A stretch of 64,000 nucleotides of DNA from an uncultured Ectothiorhodospiraceae bacterium (GCA_947259415.1 CAMYMI010000013.1:487-64486); one strand, 5' to 3'. Positions 9,655 through 20,982 are shown, numbered from the stretch's first letter. Program-made: numbers and translations. The notes: a model not told the origin generated them from the letters alone.

Positions 9655-10641
9655 TTACTCCCAGGGATCCTTATCCCGCGTTTCACCACCTGACGATTTC
9701 TCCGGCCGTTCGACGAGGTTCGTGACGGGCGGAATCGACCGCAGGTATTCGGCCATAGCCTCGAGGTCGGACCTGCCAATACGACTGAGACCCTCATCGA
9801 TTACCTCGGCCATCTCCCCCCCAGTGTAGTCCCCATCCGGTGTCGCCCCGGTCTGCAGAAAATACGCCAAATCACCCCGCGGCCAGCCGCCGATGCCAGT
9901 TAGCACGTCAGGTGTGATGTTCGGTACCGCCTCGCCGCCGGGGCCGCTGCGTGTGCCGGCAAAGCGCATCCCGGGATCGATCGCACCCAGGTGATTGCGC
10001 GGCGAATGGCACTCGGCACAGTGTCCCAGTGCCAGCACCAGGTATGCACCACGGTTCCACGACGTCAGTTTGCCCGAGTCCTCCTCGAACTCGCCTTTGT
10101 CGAAGTACATCAGTTTCCAGAACCACAGGAGCTGGCGAAACGAGAGATACCAGGGCAGGTCGTGCGAGCGGTTCGGGCTGGCAACGGGATCCAGGCTGAA
10201 CAGGTACTCCTTGATAGCGAGCATGTCCTCACGTCGCATGCGAGTGTAGCTGGTGTAGGGAAACGAAGGATAGTAATGACTACCGTCCGGCGCGACGCCC
10301 TCTCGCAGTGCGCGCACGAAGTCATCATCACTCCAGCCACCGATGCCATGCACGGGGTCCGGCGTGATATTGGGCGAGTAGAAGGTACCAAACGACGTTT
10401 TCAGGGCACGGCCGCCGGCCAGTGGGGGTCCATCGTTGTCCACGTCCGTGTGACAGGCGGCGCAGCCTGCGGCATACAAGATATACTCACCGCGAGTCGA
10501 CGTCTGCGCCGCGGTAGGCGCACGGATCACCATGGCGGCTAAACACACGCCCAGCAGGGCACGCCGCACTGCTGTTCCGACCAGCAGTGCGCTATTCCTT
10601 CTTCTCGCGGAAGTCCTTGTGGCAGCCCTTGCAGGATTCAC
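9655..10641 (-). CDS. Diheme c-type cytochrome (dehydrogenase cytochrome-c-subunit-like)
   Basis: Two CxxCH haem sites (CAACH, CAECH), signal-peptide-like N-terminus; 5' end overlaps the cytochrome c-prime gene, so the true start is probably internal. Confidence 0.8.
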   Translation of the reverse strand: MNPARAATRTSARRRNSALLVGTAVRRALLGVCLAAMVIRAPTAAQTSTRGEYILYAAGCAACHTDVDNDGPPLAGGRALKTSFGTFYSPNITPDPVHGIGGWSDDDFVRALREGVAPDGSHYYPSFPYTSYTRMRREDMLAIKEYLFSLDPVASPNRSHDLPWYLSFRQLLWFWKLMYFDKGEFEEDSGKLTSWNRGAYLVLALGHCAECHSPRNHLGAIDPGMRFAGTRSGPGGEAVPNITPDVLTGIGGWPRGDLAYFLQTGATPDGDYTGGEMAEVIDEGLSRIGRSDLEAMAEYLRSIPPVTNLVERPEKSSGGETRDKDPWE

Positions 10642-11080
10642 CGACCCGCTTGAAGGCTAGTGGCAGCTCCTGCTTGTTGCCGGCTTGCACCACTTTAGCC
10701 AGCTCCTCGGTAGCATCTATGGTCGCCTGCGCCGCCTTATCGAACTCATCCGGCTTTTCGGCGATGGATGCGAGCGCCTCAGTGGCCACGGTCGCACCGG
10801 AAAACTCGACCTCGGGCGGTATGCTCTCGGCCGGGAACAGCGTGGTAATAGTCCGGGTAATGTCCCGCGCCGCTGTCGCATGCATCTCGAGCTGATCCAT
10901 CAGCGGGACCTGACCTCGCACCAGGCGATCAACGGCGCCCACGTGTCCGGCAAGAGACTTCATGACATTCTGCCGATACTTGATCATGCCATCAATGTTC
11001 ATCTCTGCGATCAGTGGTGGTGCAGAGATGGCCGTCAGCACAATCGCGGGAATCATTAGGCTTAAATGCAGTCTGTTCAT
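10592..11080 (-). CDS. Cytochrome c-prime (class II cytochrome c)
   Basis: About 160 aa with signal peptide (MNRLHLSLMIPAIVLTAISA) and a single C-terminal 'CKGCHKDFR' haem site typical of cytochrome c'; start trimmed to the internal Met preceding the signal peptide. Confidence 0.7.
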   Translation of the reverse strand: MNRLHLSLMIPAIVLTAISAPPLIAEMNIDGMIKYRQNVMKSLAGHVGAVDRLVRGQVPLMDQLEMHATAARDITRTITTLFPAESIPPEVEFSGATVATEALASIAEKPDEFDKAAQATIDATEELAKVVQAGNKQELPLAFKRVGESCKGCHKDFREKKE

Positions 11081-11668
11081 GTACATCTCCTCCGTTTTTC
11101 TGGGACGCCCCATGCCCCATTGCATGTCGATCGGCATTCTCCCCCATCAATGCATTGATGAGGTCCAGGGCATGGGGACAAGATAGTGAAGTTGCGCTCG
11201 GCCTCGGCCTGCTTTGCGACGGCGCGAACCAAGCTCTCGTCCAGGTCCACATGCTCGATCTAAATAGTTAAGACCTTGTAACCCCACGAACAGTATAGAA
11301 GATATTGACGCCTGAGTCTGCCACGAGGGTTATTATTCAGGAAGGTCGGAGATCCGGCCTAAATCTGCTGTTAAACGTCCATCCTCTGGATGTCTTGTTT
11401 GCAGCAGGAGCCAGAAATTTCCATCACGCAATCACCACTTCCGAGAACGGCAAAGAGTTGTCATTGCTCTGAAAAGACCTGCGCATGCGAGGTTTCTTTG
11501 CGGTGTCATAAAGACACAGACTACCCGATTCAGATCCAACGCGAGGCCGATGCCTGCTCTTCAAGCAGGGACGATTGGGATTTTACAGACATGCGTATCC
11601 GAATGATCAGATGTCTAATGGAATCTTTGGTGTGTTGGGTATGAATACGCAGTGTGTCAAGCGACTGC

Positions 11669-13306
11669 CTACCTGATGACAAGCTGGCCATAGTCCAACC
11701 AGAGGTAATGTCCGGGTTGCATGAAATCAGTGTTGCCATCATCGGAGACAATCAATAATCGTTCCGATTCCTTCCCGCGGAAGACAGCAATTCCCTCAGC
11801 TTGCCCGAAGCTCCGGAGATCTGGAGCCAGTACCTCATACAGTTCGCCACCGGCCTGCTCCCGCCATAGCCATAAGCGGAATGGACCGTTCGGTTGTTGC
11901 GCGATCAGGAGGGAGCCACCCAGATGATGAACGTAGTCCATCCCACGGATGCCGCCACCGCCCAGATCAAGTAAATGGGGCTCGTCCGAGAAGACCGGCG
12001 CTGCTTGCTGATCAAACATGGCATTGGGGTTTTCAATGGTCACAATCACTGCTTTCCCGTCGATCAAAGGTGTCCTCAAGCCAATGTGGAGTCTGGACTT
12101 GCCCTGATCGAAGGATAGCCCTTCAATGTTGAATCCCCGGATGTCCCTGGCATCAGGGAATCGTTCGGCAGGTTCGAGAAAGCCGTATGCCTTCACCATC
12201 ATCGCCAGCAAGCCATCGAGAGAAGCGGCCTCGACAACCCGGCTACCATCGAATTTAATACGCAGCAGGCGCTCCCGTTCGGGGCTGCGTGTCCCGTCGC
12301 GCTTACGGGAATGGGACGTAAGCGCGTAGACGTAACCACGCCCGTCAGCAGCGAGGGCCTCCAGATCATCTGCATAATCTAAACCCTGGGCGATGAGCTC
12401 GGATTCCGGAATCCGCATCTCGCTGAGTGTCCCATCTGATCCTGGCGAAACGATGGAGAACGTCAGTCCCTCGTCTTCGGCAATTAGCAATCGTCCATCC
12501 GGAAGCTGCTGAACAGAGGATGGTTCGTATATCGCATTGAATGCGCGAGACTGCAACGTACCGGCAGTGGATGCCAGCTTTGCGGGATCGTCAATCGGCA
12601 AGAGGCTCAATGTTGGCTGGGTGGTATTCGCTTTAGACAGGATTAAAAATACGATAACGGTCGTGACCAATCCAAACAGGAAGATACTGTACGAAATTTT
12701 CAATCTCCTGAACTTGCGATCTACGGTAATGCCCAACCCATAGAGCGTGCGCGACATCTGACTGTAGATTTGTGATTGGTCGTTGTAAATCTTCTCCAGT
12801 GTGTGGGAGTATTCTTCTTTGCTCACCTTGGAAAAATTCTTGAAATAGAGCAGGTCGGCATCCCCGGACAGCATTTCCTCACGGGTTTGTCTGATGTCTT
12901 TCGCCCTTGGCTGAGCCGCCAGGATGGCGAATATCATGGCCCCGACAGAGGAGAGCAGAAAGATACCCATAGGGATCAGCAGCCACGGGCGCCAGCTCGC
13001 AACGAAACTACCGGCAAGTATCATCACTGTGAATGTCATGCTGGTGATGCTCAGCATGATGTTGGCTTTGCCGTCGGCCAGTGTTGTGAGGTCGAGTTGC
13101 AGGCGGTAGGCATTCCGAAATAATGTTTCGACCCCCCGCCCAAATTTTATGCCCGGGGTTTCGGAGTGCTTTTTTTCAGATTTATTCTTCCGTTTCTCTG
13201 GTCGTGGTTCTTGATTGTGCTTGCGTCCGCGCTTGCCCTCAACCTGGTTCTCCCTGGGAGATTCCTTCGACTCTGACAAAGGGGTGATTGTTGTTCTATT
13301 TTCCAT
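11669..13306 (-). CDS. Membrane protein: Lys-rich N-terminal tail, Pycsar-effector-like (DUF5706-like) 2TM domain, C-terminal beta-propeller/phytase-like extracytoplasmic domain
   Basis: 'FRNAYRLQLDLTTLADGKANIMLSITSMTFTVMIL' (aDxKA motif plus TM helices) then Gly/Asp-rich repeats 'DGRLLIAEDEGL...DGRGYVYALTSH...LLIVSDDG'. Confidence 0.55.
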   Translation of the reverse strand: MENRTTITPLSESKESPRENQVEGKRGRKHNQEPRPEKRKNKSEKKHSETPGIKFGRGVETLFRNAYRLQLDLTTLADGKANIMLSITSMTFTVMILAGSFVASWRPWLLIPMGIFLLSSVGAMIFAILAAQPRAKDIRQTREEMLSGDADLLYFKNFSKVSKEEYSHTLEKIYNDQSQIYSQMSRTLYGLGITVDRKFRRLKISYSIFLFGLVTTVIVFLILSKANTTQPTLSLLPIDDPAKLASTAGTLQSRAFNAIYEPSSVQQLPDGRLLIAEDEGLTFSIVSPGSDGTLSEMRIPESELIAQGLDYADDLEALAADGRGYVYALTSHSRKRDGTRSPERERLLRIKFDGSRVVEAASLDGLLAMMVKAYGFLEPAERFPDARDIRGFNIEGLSFDQGKSRLHIGLRTPLIDGKAVIVTIENPNAMFDQQAAPVFSDEPHLLDLGGGGIRGMDYVHHLGGSLLIAQQPNGPFRLWLWREQAGGELYEVLAPDLRSFGQAEGIAVFRGKESERLLIVSDDGNTDFMQPGHYLWLDYGQLVIR

Positions 13307-13554
13307 CTTTCACCGTTTCAGCTCAGCCTCGCGAGGATCTCCGCTCCATCGTTCTTCGGTGCGCCGTTTGATCCTCGGTATTCGAACGAGATTTGCGATA
13401 AAAATGAGTATGCAAAGGATAATCGCACTTTCCGTCAGTAATCAATAGCTCATTGACACGTGCTGATGAGCTAAAAGACCCATTACCAGCCCGATTCGTC
13501 TTGATTATCAAACTCGCAGGCAGGTCAGGTTTCAGCCAAATCGTAGCCTGTCCC

Positions 13555-13622
13555 AAAAAACCGGGGTCAGATCCCAGTTTCCACTAATATTAGAAGAAAC
13601 TGAGATCTGACCCCGGTTTTTT
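13555..13622. other. Long near-perfect hairpin (21-bp stem, 1 mismatch) flanked by A6 and T6
   Basis: 'aaaaaa ccggggtcagatcccagtttc ...loop... gaaactgagatctgaccccgg tttttt'. Confidence 0.6.
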
Positions 13623-13689
13623 GTTAAGGGACAATATAGTTGATTTTCCTGTCGCACTTATTAACTAAGGAATAGTATTTATTTGGAAA

Positions 13690-13872
13690 TTGCACAAGAG
13701 GAGTGATCCAGTTTTTCAACTATTATCTTGCCAGCCTGGGACTGCTTTGCCAGGTGTAGAAGCCCGCTCCGGTGCAGTCACACTGATCCAGCGATTAGGA
13801 TCAGCGCTAAATCTGAATATCCATTTCCACATGTTGTTCCTGGACGGCGTCTATATTGGAAACAATTCTTAA
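13690..13872 (+). pseudogene. IS91-family (HUH Y2) transposase fragment
   Basis: 'GAVTLIQRLGSALNLNIHFHMLFLDGVY' matches the conserved N-terminal block of IS91/ISCR transposases; only 60 codons remain. Confidence 0.5.
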
Positions 13873-13956
13873 CAATACATATGCAGATTATGCGTTAGTG
13901 GTTGCTTACAATGTCTACAGAATTATCGTTAACAGAACGAAACGGGAGAGACCGTA

Positions 13957-15132
13957 ATGAATGACATAATTAATAAAATAAACGATTTACTTGGACCGGC
14001 AGGCTCGAGCGCGCTTGGCCATGCATTAGTCGGCCTGGCGATTCTTGTCATTGGTCTTTTTGTCGTCAAGTTCATCGTCGGCATCTTCAGGCGCATGCTC
14101 AAAAAGGTCTCGATGCTGCATCGCACGAATGCTGACGGTTCAGTCACGGACCTGGCGACGCCGATTGCCTCGCTGATCAAGGCAGTATTGACCATCTTCG
14201 TACTGATGGCTGTCCTGCAACACTTCGGTCTGACTGACGTGCTGGAACCACTGAAGAATATGGTAAGCGAGTTCATGACAGCGGTACCCAACATTATCGG
14301 TGCCGGCGTCATCGGCTACGCGGGTTGGGTCATTGCGAAAATTGTTTCGCAGCTGGCAAGTGCGGGGCTGGGCAAGGTTGACGAGCAGCTCGCCGAACGT
14401 ACCGGAAACAGGGATATCAAGATTTCCAGGTTTGGCAGTGCACTTATTTTCGCCATCATCCTGCTTCCCATCATTGTGTCAGCACTCGGCGTTCTTAACA
14501 TTCCGGCGATCTCCGACCCGGCTTCCGCCATGATCCAGAAACTGATGGCCGCCGTGCCGAACATCATCGGCGCCGGTATCATCCTGATCGTGGTCTACTT
14601 TGCCGCGAAGTTCGTTGTCTACATCCTTGGTGGGCTTCTTGAGGGCGCGAACATCAATGCATTGCCTGAGAAAATGGCCATGCAAGGCCTGTTTACAACA
14701 ACATTTACTCCGACCCGCCTTGTCGGTGGTGCGATCATGTTTTTCTCGATGGTGGCTGCGGCGACTGCTGCGGTGAATATTCTTGGTATCGATATCATCA
14801 CCAAAGTGTTCGCCAGGGTCCTGGAATTCGGTGGCGGCCTGCTGGTTGGCGGCCTGATTCTGATTATCGGTAACTTCCTGAGCACCATCGCCTACGACAA
14901 ACTATCCGGCCACGGCAACACCGGTATAGCCAACATCGCACGCATTGCCATACTCGGCCTGGTGCTGGCGATGGGTCTGAAGGCAATGGGACTTGCCGAT
15001 AATATTGTGACCATGGCCTTTGGTTTCACGATCGGCAGTGTAGCGGTTGCCGCTGCCCTGGCCTTCGGTCTCGGTGGCAGGGATGCCGCCAAGGTGGTTG
15101 CCGACAAATGGGCGTCAAAAATCAACTCCTAG
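13957..15132 (+). CDS. Conserved-TM-helix repeat membrane protein (MscS-N-terminal-like TM_helix repeats only)
   Basis: Repeated 'AVPNIIGAGVIGYAGWVIAKIV' / 'AVPNIIGAGIILIVVYFAAKFV' units. Confidence 0.6.
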   Translation: MNDIINKINDLLGPAGSSALGHALVGLAILVIGLFVVKFIVGIFRRMLKKVSMLHRTNADGSVTDLATPIASLIKAVLTIFVLMAVLQHFGLTDVLEPLKNMVSEFMTAVPNIIGAGVIGYAGWVIAKIVSQLASAGLGKVDEQLAERTGNRDIKISRFGSALIFAIILLPIIVSALGVLNIPAISDPASAMIQKLMAAVPNIIGAGIILIVVYFAAKFVVYILGGLLEGANINALPEKMAMQGLFTTTFTPTRLVGGAIMFFSMVAAATAAVNILGIDIITKVFARVLEFGGGLLVGGLILIIGNFLSTIAYDKLSGHGNTGIANIARIAILGLVLAMGLKAMGLADNIVTMAFGFTIGSVAVAAALAFGLGGRDAAKVVADKWASKINS

Positions 15133-15327
15133 GAGTAAACCAGTCATGGTGTCAGCGCACCATACTCCCTACTATTGGGAATAATTGTGCACTGACATCA
15201 TTTATACGAATAAACCGCCGTCGTTCTTTTTCACCACCCTGCCGGATGGCCTGTGTAGCCGCCGCGATTTTCTGAAGCTGTTCGGTGCCGCTCTGGGCTT
15301 TAATGCCCTGAGCCCGGCCCTGCCCGG

Positions 15328-15823
15328 TTGCGGCGGTGGCGGGGGGTGCGCAGCGACCGCCGCGATACCCGTGGCCTCCGCGGAGTTTTCGGCCCTGAAA
15401 CGTACCAATCGCCGTATCGCGATGGCACCACACATGTGATCTTCGAGCACCTCGATTTCATCGATGTGCATTACCTCCATTTCAAGGACTTCAATCAGCA
15501 TTTTGACGACGAGGCCAAGGCACGGCTTGCGGGTATGAAGGGCCGCATGTCCACCCGCATGGGGGCGGCCATGCGCCACGCGGGACAGTACCTGCTGAAG
15601 CAACCGGAGCGGCGCAAATTATTGCTGCTGGTCACCGACGGGGAGCCGGCGGATATCGACGAGCGTGATCCACAGCACCTGCGCCACGATACCAAGAAGG
15701 CGGTGGAGGAACTCTATACCAAATAAGGTGCCGACCTACTGTCTGACGCTGGATCCGAACGCCGATCAATACGTGAAGCGGATCTTTGGAGAGAAACACT
15801 ATACGATGATAGATCATGTGTAG
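15328..15823 (+). pseudogene. NorD/CbbO-like VWA protein C-terminal fragment, frameshifted (preceded by an orphan Tat-signal fragment 15185-15439)
   Basis: 'LLLLVTDGEPADIDERD...DTKKAVEELYTK*' then +1 frame 'VPTYCLTLDPNADQYVKRIFGEKHYTMIDHV*' equals the NorD/CbbO C-terminal VWA signature split by a frameshift at about 15726; upstream ORF carries 'SRRDFLKLFGAALG' twin-arginine motif without a mature domain. Confidence 0.6.
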
Positions 15824-15945
15824 CGCTTACCCGAACAATTGCCCATGCTGTTCGCAAACCTGACATCTTAAGCGGGCCTGCCACCATGTAGAAATGCCGT
15901 GACTCCCAGCGTTACGTTGGCATTCATAATGAAATCGACGGCAGC

Positions 15946-16200
15946 ATGACGGATACCGCCAAGATCTTCCGCGATGCCTGGGTGTTCGGTATCATTGAGG
16001 AAAGTGAAACCTGCGAGGATTGGCTTCCACAGGGAATCGAGGATCTCTGGAAGAAGGTAAACCTGGAGTGGGAAAAATACGGTTTCCTGGTGGGCAATCT
16101 CCCCGACGAGTTGCGAGAACGTTTTATGCGTATCCAGAACGAGGCGATGGAAAAGGCCAGGGCAGCGGACTGGAACCCGGATCTGGGTTATGATGATTAA
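15946..16200 (+). CDS. Hypothetical small acidic protein
   Basis: 84-aa ORF 30 bp upstream of pgm; no motif. Confidence 0.3.
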   Translation: MTDTAKIFRDAWVFGIIEESETCEDWLPQGIEDLWKKVNLEWEKYGFLVGNLPDELRERFMRIQNEAMEKARAADWNPDLGYDD

Positions 16201-16220
16201 GCAGGAATTCAATTGGATAG

Positions 16221-17864
<1,644 letters not shown>

Positions 17865-18340
17865 TCTGTAGCCCTTGGAGGAGATTCTTTATAGCGCGGC
17901 ACAACACTACAATTTTGCCAGAAAAAAATTATATTCATGTAATATATACAGGAAATATAATCCGCCTGTTCCCCAAGAGCCCAACTGAAAACCGCAACTC
18001 TCCATATTCCCCTGACTTCCTGCTCGGGAACCACCAGACCGGCAACTGGCCTATCGGGTTACCACAGCTATAGGGCTGAAGTTGGCACATTCCGTCGTAT
18101 AGGAACTACCCGGAGATAAACAACCCGTCGCTGTGATGAGGGATCTGAAGCAGCGTTGCGTCTCGCCTCCACCGGGTAGTGTCGATGACAGCAATGACAG
18201 CAACAAGATTGTGCCCTACGATGCACTTGCCAACCTCGTTCTGGTGAACATTATCCATTAATACATTGTCCTTACTTCCCTCTCAGACCAGTTTAGGTAT
18301 TATCCCTGAGTCAGTTAACCAATCAGAGGTTTCATAAGCA

Positions 18341-19099
18341 ATGGATCAGGTAGAAGTAATGAAAAAGCCTTCGCTGGCCCATGGATCGGACCCTGCCAGC
18401 CCTCCACAAACATACTCGACAGAATCTGATAGCTGCATCCCGCCCTACTTGAAAAATGCCTATTGGTGGGCCTATCTTCATCCAAGGGCAGTCCGATTTT
18501 TCGAACGCCAGTGGCTCATCAATCTGATTCTTTGGGGTAACTTTAACCGCCTGCGCGATACTGCGCTGGATGAACTGGGTTCTGTTATCACCGGTCGCCT
18601 CCTGCAGGTGGCATGTGTGTACGGCAATCTAACTGAGAGACTTGCTGTTCGCTTGGGGCCGGATGCACAACTGGACGTTGTGGACGTGGCCCGGGTCCAG
18701 TTGGCTAACACCCGGAAAAAAATCGGCATACAAGATAACGTAGTTCTGCATCAGCAGGATTCGGCCAGGCTTCGCTTCCCGGATGCGAGTTTCGACAATA
18801 CGCTCATGTTTTTCCTTCTGCACGAGCAGCCGGAGGGAGTACGACGCGCCACCATCGCAGAGGCCATCCGGGTAACCCGGAAGGGTGGTCGCATCGTGTT
18901 TGTGGATTACCATAGGCCGGGGCATTGGAACCCGATGCGCTATCTGATGACCGGCGTGTTCAAACTGTTTGAACCCTATGCCGAAAACTTCTGGAGCCGT
19001 GATATTCTGGAGTGGGCACCGCCTGGATTCACTCCCACAAGGGTGCATAAGCGAACATATTTCGGCCGACTGTATCAGAAGACCATACTATGTGTTTGA
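18341..19099 (+). CDS. Class I SAM-MTase-fold protein with degenerate glycine loop; RquA-like (rhodoquinone biosynthesis) candidate
   Basis: 'YWWAYLHPRAVRFFERQWLINLILWGNF' N-terminal block; motif I replaced by 'LLQVACVYGNL'; 'LDVVDVA', 'TRKGGRIVFVDY' MTase-fold motifs retained. Confidence 0.55.
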   Translation: MDQVEVMKKPSLAHGSDPASPPQTYSTESDSCIPPYLKNAYWWAYLHPRAVRFFERQWLINLILWGNFNRLRDTALDELGSVITGRLLQVACVYGNLTERLAVRLGPDAQLDVVDVARVQLANTRKKIGIQDNVVLHQQDSARLRFPDASFDNTLMFFLLHEQPEGVRRATIAEAIRVTRKGGRIVFVDYHRPGHWNPMRYLMTGVFKLFEPYAENFWSRDILEWAPPGFTPTRVHKRTYFGRLYQKTILCV

Positions 19100-19261
19100 T
19101 TATTGACGCTGAGCATTGGCAAGTGCCCGCTGTCAATATGAGTGTTTGAATTGACATCGCGTCACGATATTCCATTCGTGGCAGACAACAACCACGAGAA
19201 TGGCTTATAGGTTCGAAAAACAGGCGCGATAACAATCGGGGCTAGATTCAACAATGCACCA

Positions 19262-20431
19262 TTGATATCGATAACCGAAGACATTGGAAGTTATATTATG
19301 AGTATGCAGTGTGAATCGGCAGTGAAAAGAACCGGTAGTAAGGACATGGGGCTGTTCGAGCGTTTTCTCACGGTGTGGGTGTTCCTCTGCATTATTGCCG
19401 GTATTTCCCTGGGGCATTTTATCCCCGAATCATTTCAGCTCATCGGCAAAATGGAAGTGGCCAGGGTCAATCTGCCAGTGGCGGTACTTATCTGGATGAT
19501 GATTATCCCCATGCTGCTCAAGATCGATTTTCGTGCACTGCACCACGTCAAGGAACACTGGCGGGGTATCGGTGTTACGCTGTTCATCAACTGGGCCGTG
19601 AAACCCTTTTCCATGGCGCTGTTGGCCTGGTTATTTATACGCATTGCGTTCGCACCCTGGCTGCCGGCTGAACAGATCGATTCCTATATTGCCGGTCTTA
19701 TCATTCTGGCCGCTGCGCCCTGTACTGCAATGGTATTTGTATGGAGCCACTTGAGCGAAGGTGAGCCTCATTTTACGCTTACCCAGGTTGCACTCAACGA
19801 CGTCATCATGATCTTCGCCTTTGCTCCTGTAGTCGGCCTGTTGTTGGGGTTGTCTGCGATCGCTGTGCCCTGGGATACCTTGTTCCTTTCAGTTGTACTC
19901 TACATCGTGATCCCTGTGATTATCTCGCAATTGTGGAGGCGGCGCGTTATTGCCAGAGAACACGGTGTTGCCAGACTCGCACGTTTGATCAAGACACTGC
20001 ATCCTATTTCACTGGCAGCTTTGTTGGTAACATTGATCTTGCTGTTCGGGTTTCAGGGTGAGCAAATCATTGCTCACCCTCTGATAATACTGCTCTTGGC
20101 TGTACCGATTCTGATCCAGGTGTTTTTCAACTCGGGGCTGGCTTATCTGCTCAATCGCCGGATGCGTTCACCGCACTGTGTGGCTGGCCCTTCAGCACTC
20201 ATCGGTGCCAGTAACTTTTTTGAACTGGCAGTAGCAACCGCCATCGTACTTTTTGGTTTTGAATCCGGTGCCGCGCTGGCAACTGTTGTCGGTGTCCTGA
20301 TAGAGGTTCCGGTTATGCTGGTAGCGGTAAAAGTGGTCAACAGTACACGTGAATGGTATGAGCAGGCGCCGGGTGTTTTGCCGCACGCAGAATGTTGCCC
20401 GGCTGGTGTGCATCTTCATAAGCACCATTGA
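19262..20431 (+). CDS. acr3: ACR3-family arsenite efflux transporter
   Basis: 'MGLFERFLTVWVFLCIIAGISLG' is the canonical ACR3 start; 10 TM segments; true start is probably the internal Met before this motif. Confidence 0.85.
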   Translation: MISITEDIGSYIMSMQCESAVKRTGSKDMGLFERFLTVWVFLCIIAGISLGHFIPESFQLIGKMEVARVNLPVAVLIWMMIIPMLLKIDFRALHHVKEHWRGIGVTLFINWAVKPFSMALLAWLFIRIAFAPWLPAEQIDSYIAGLIILAAAPCTAMVFVWSHLSEGEPHFTLTQVALNDVIMIFAFAPVVGLLLGLSAIAVPWDTLFLSVVLYIVIPVIISQLWRRRVIAREHGVARLARLIKTLHPISLAALLVTLILLFGFQGEQIIAHPLIILLLAVPILIQVFFNSGLAYLLNRRMRSPHCVAGPSALIGASNFFELAVATAIVLFGFESGAALATVVGVLIEVPVMLVAVKVVNSTREWYEQAPGVLPHAECCPAGVHLHKHH

Positions 20432-20600
20432 GAGAACGGCATGTTTCACCGACCCCGGCCATTTTTATGGTAACCATCTGGATATTCTGCTAAATGGCAA
20501 CTTCTTGGCCGACGCAGTCATTCAGGCTCTAGTATTAAACGCATGCCAGCCTCTTTACAGGCTGTCGATGACCCGAGCTGGGCTGTGCTGCAGCCTCACC

Positions 20601-20945
20601 TTATAGCTCTGACTGGTTCCAGTTATTGAACGCCAACATCCAACTGGAAATATCTGGATACGCTTTGCCACGCGCCTGTAAATGGCTACCCAGTTCGATC
20701 ATGAGTTCCCGGAACTCCCGTATTTCCGCCTGCCAGGCCTGTTCGTCCATGCCCGGGTTGTCTGCCAGGGCCTGATTGGCGATGGAGCCGGCTCCGCCCC
20801 ACATGCGTTTGGAGTTCAGTTCCCGATAGAACCTGGCTTCATCCCTTCCACCGAGTTCGATCACTGACCCTATCCAGGCAGCGCTCTCTCCTGGATGTTT
20901 CCGCAGGATCTCATGAATACGCTGCAGAGTGGGCTGAACAGCCAC
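20601..20945 (-). CDS. Hypothetical protein
   Basis: 114-aa ORF, no motif. Confidence 0.35.
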   Translation of the reverse strand: MAVQPTLQRIHEILRKHPGESAAWIGSVIELGGRDEARFYRELNSKRMWGGAGSIANQALADNPGMDEQAWQAEIREFRELMIELGSHLQARGKAYPDISSWMLAFNNWNQSEL

Positions 20946-20982
20946 CTTAAATTGGGCTCAAGAACACACCGCAACAGTCACA

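Noticed and set aside
9537-9797. 86-aa ORF overlapping the 3' end of the diheme cytochrome gene
   Set aside because: It lies antisense or overlapping a well-supported gene and has no motif.
11669-13306. A complete Pycsar antiphage operon
   Set aside because: The Pycsar-effector-like domain is present, but no nucleotide cyclase (PycC) is adjacent. The neighbours are cytochromes and an IS remnant, so it is only reported as a domain-architecture observation.
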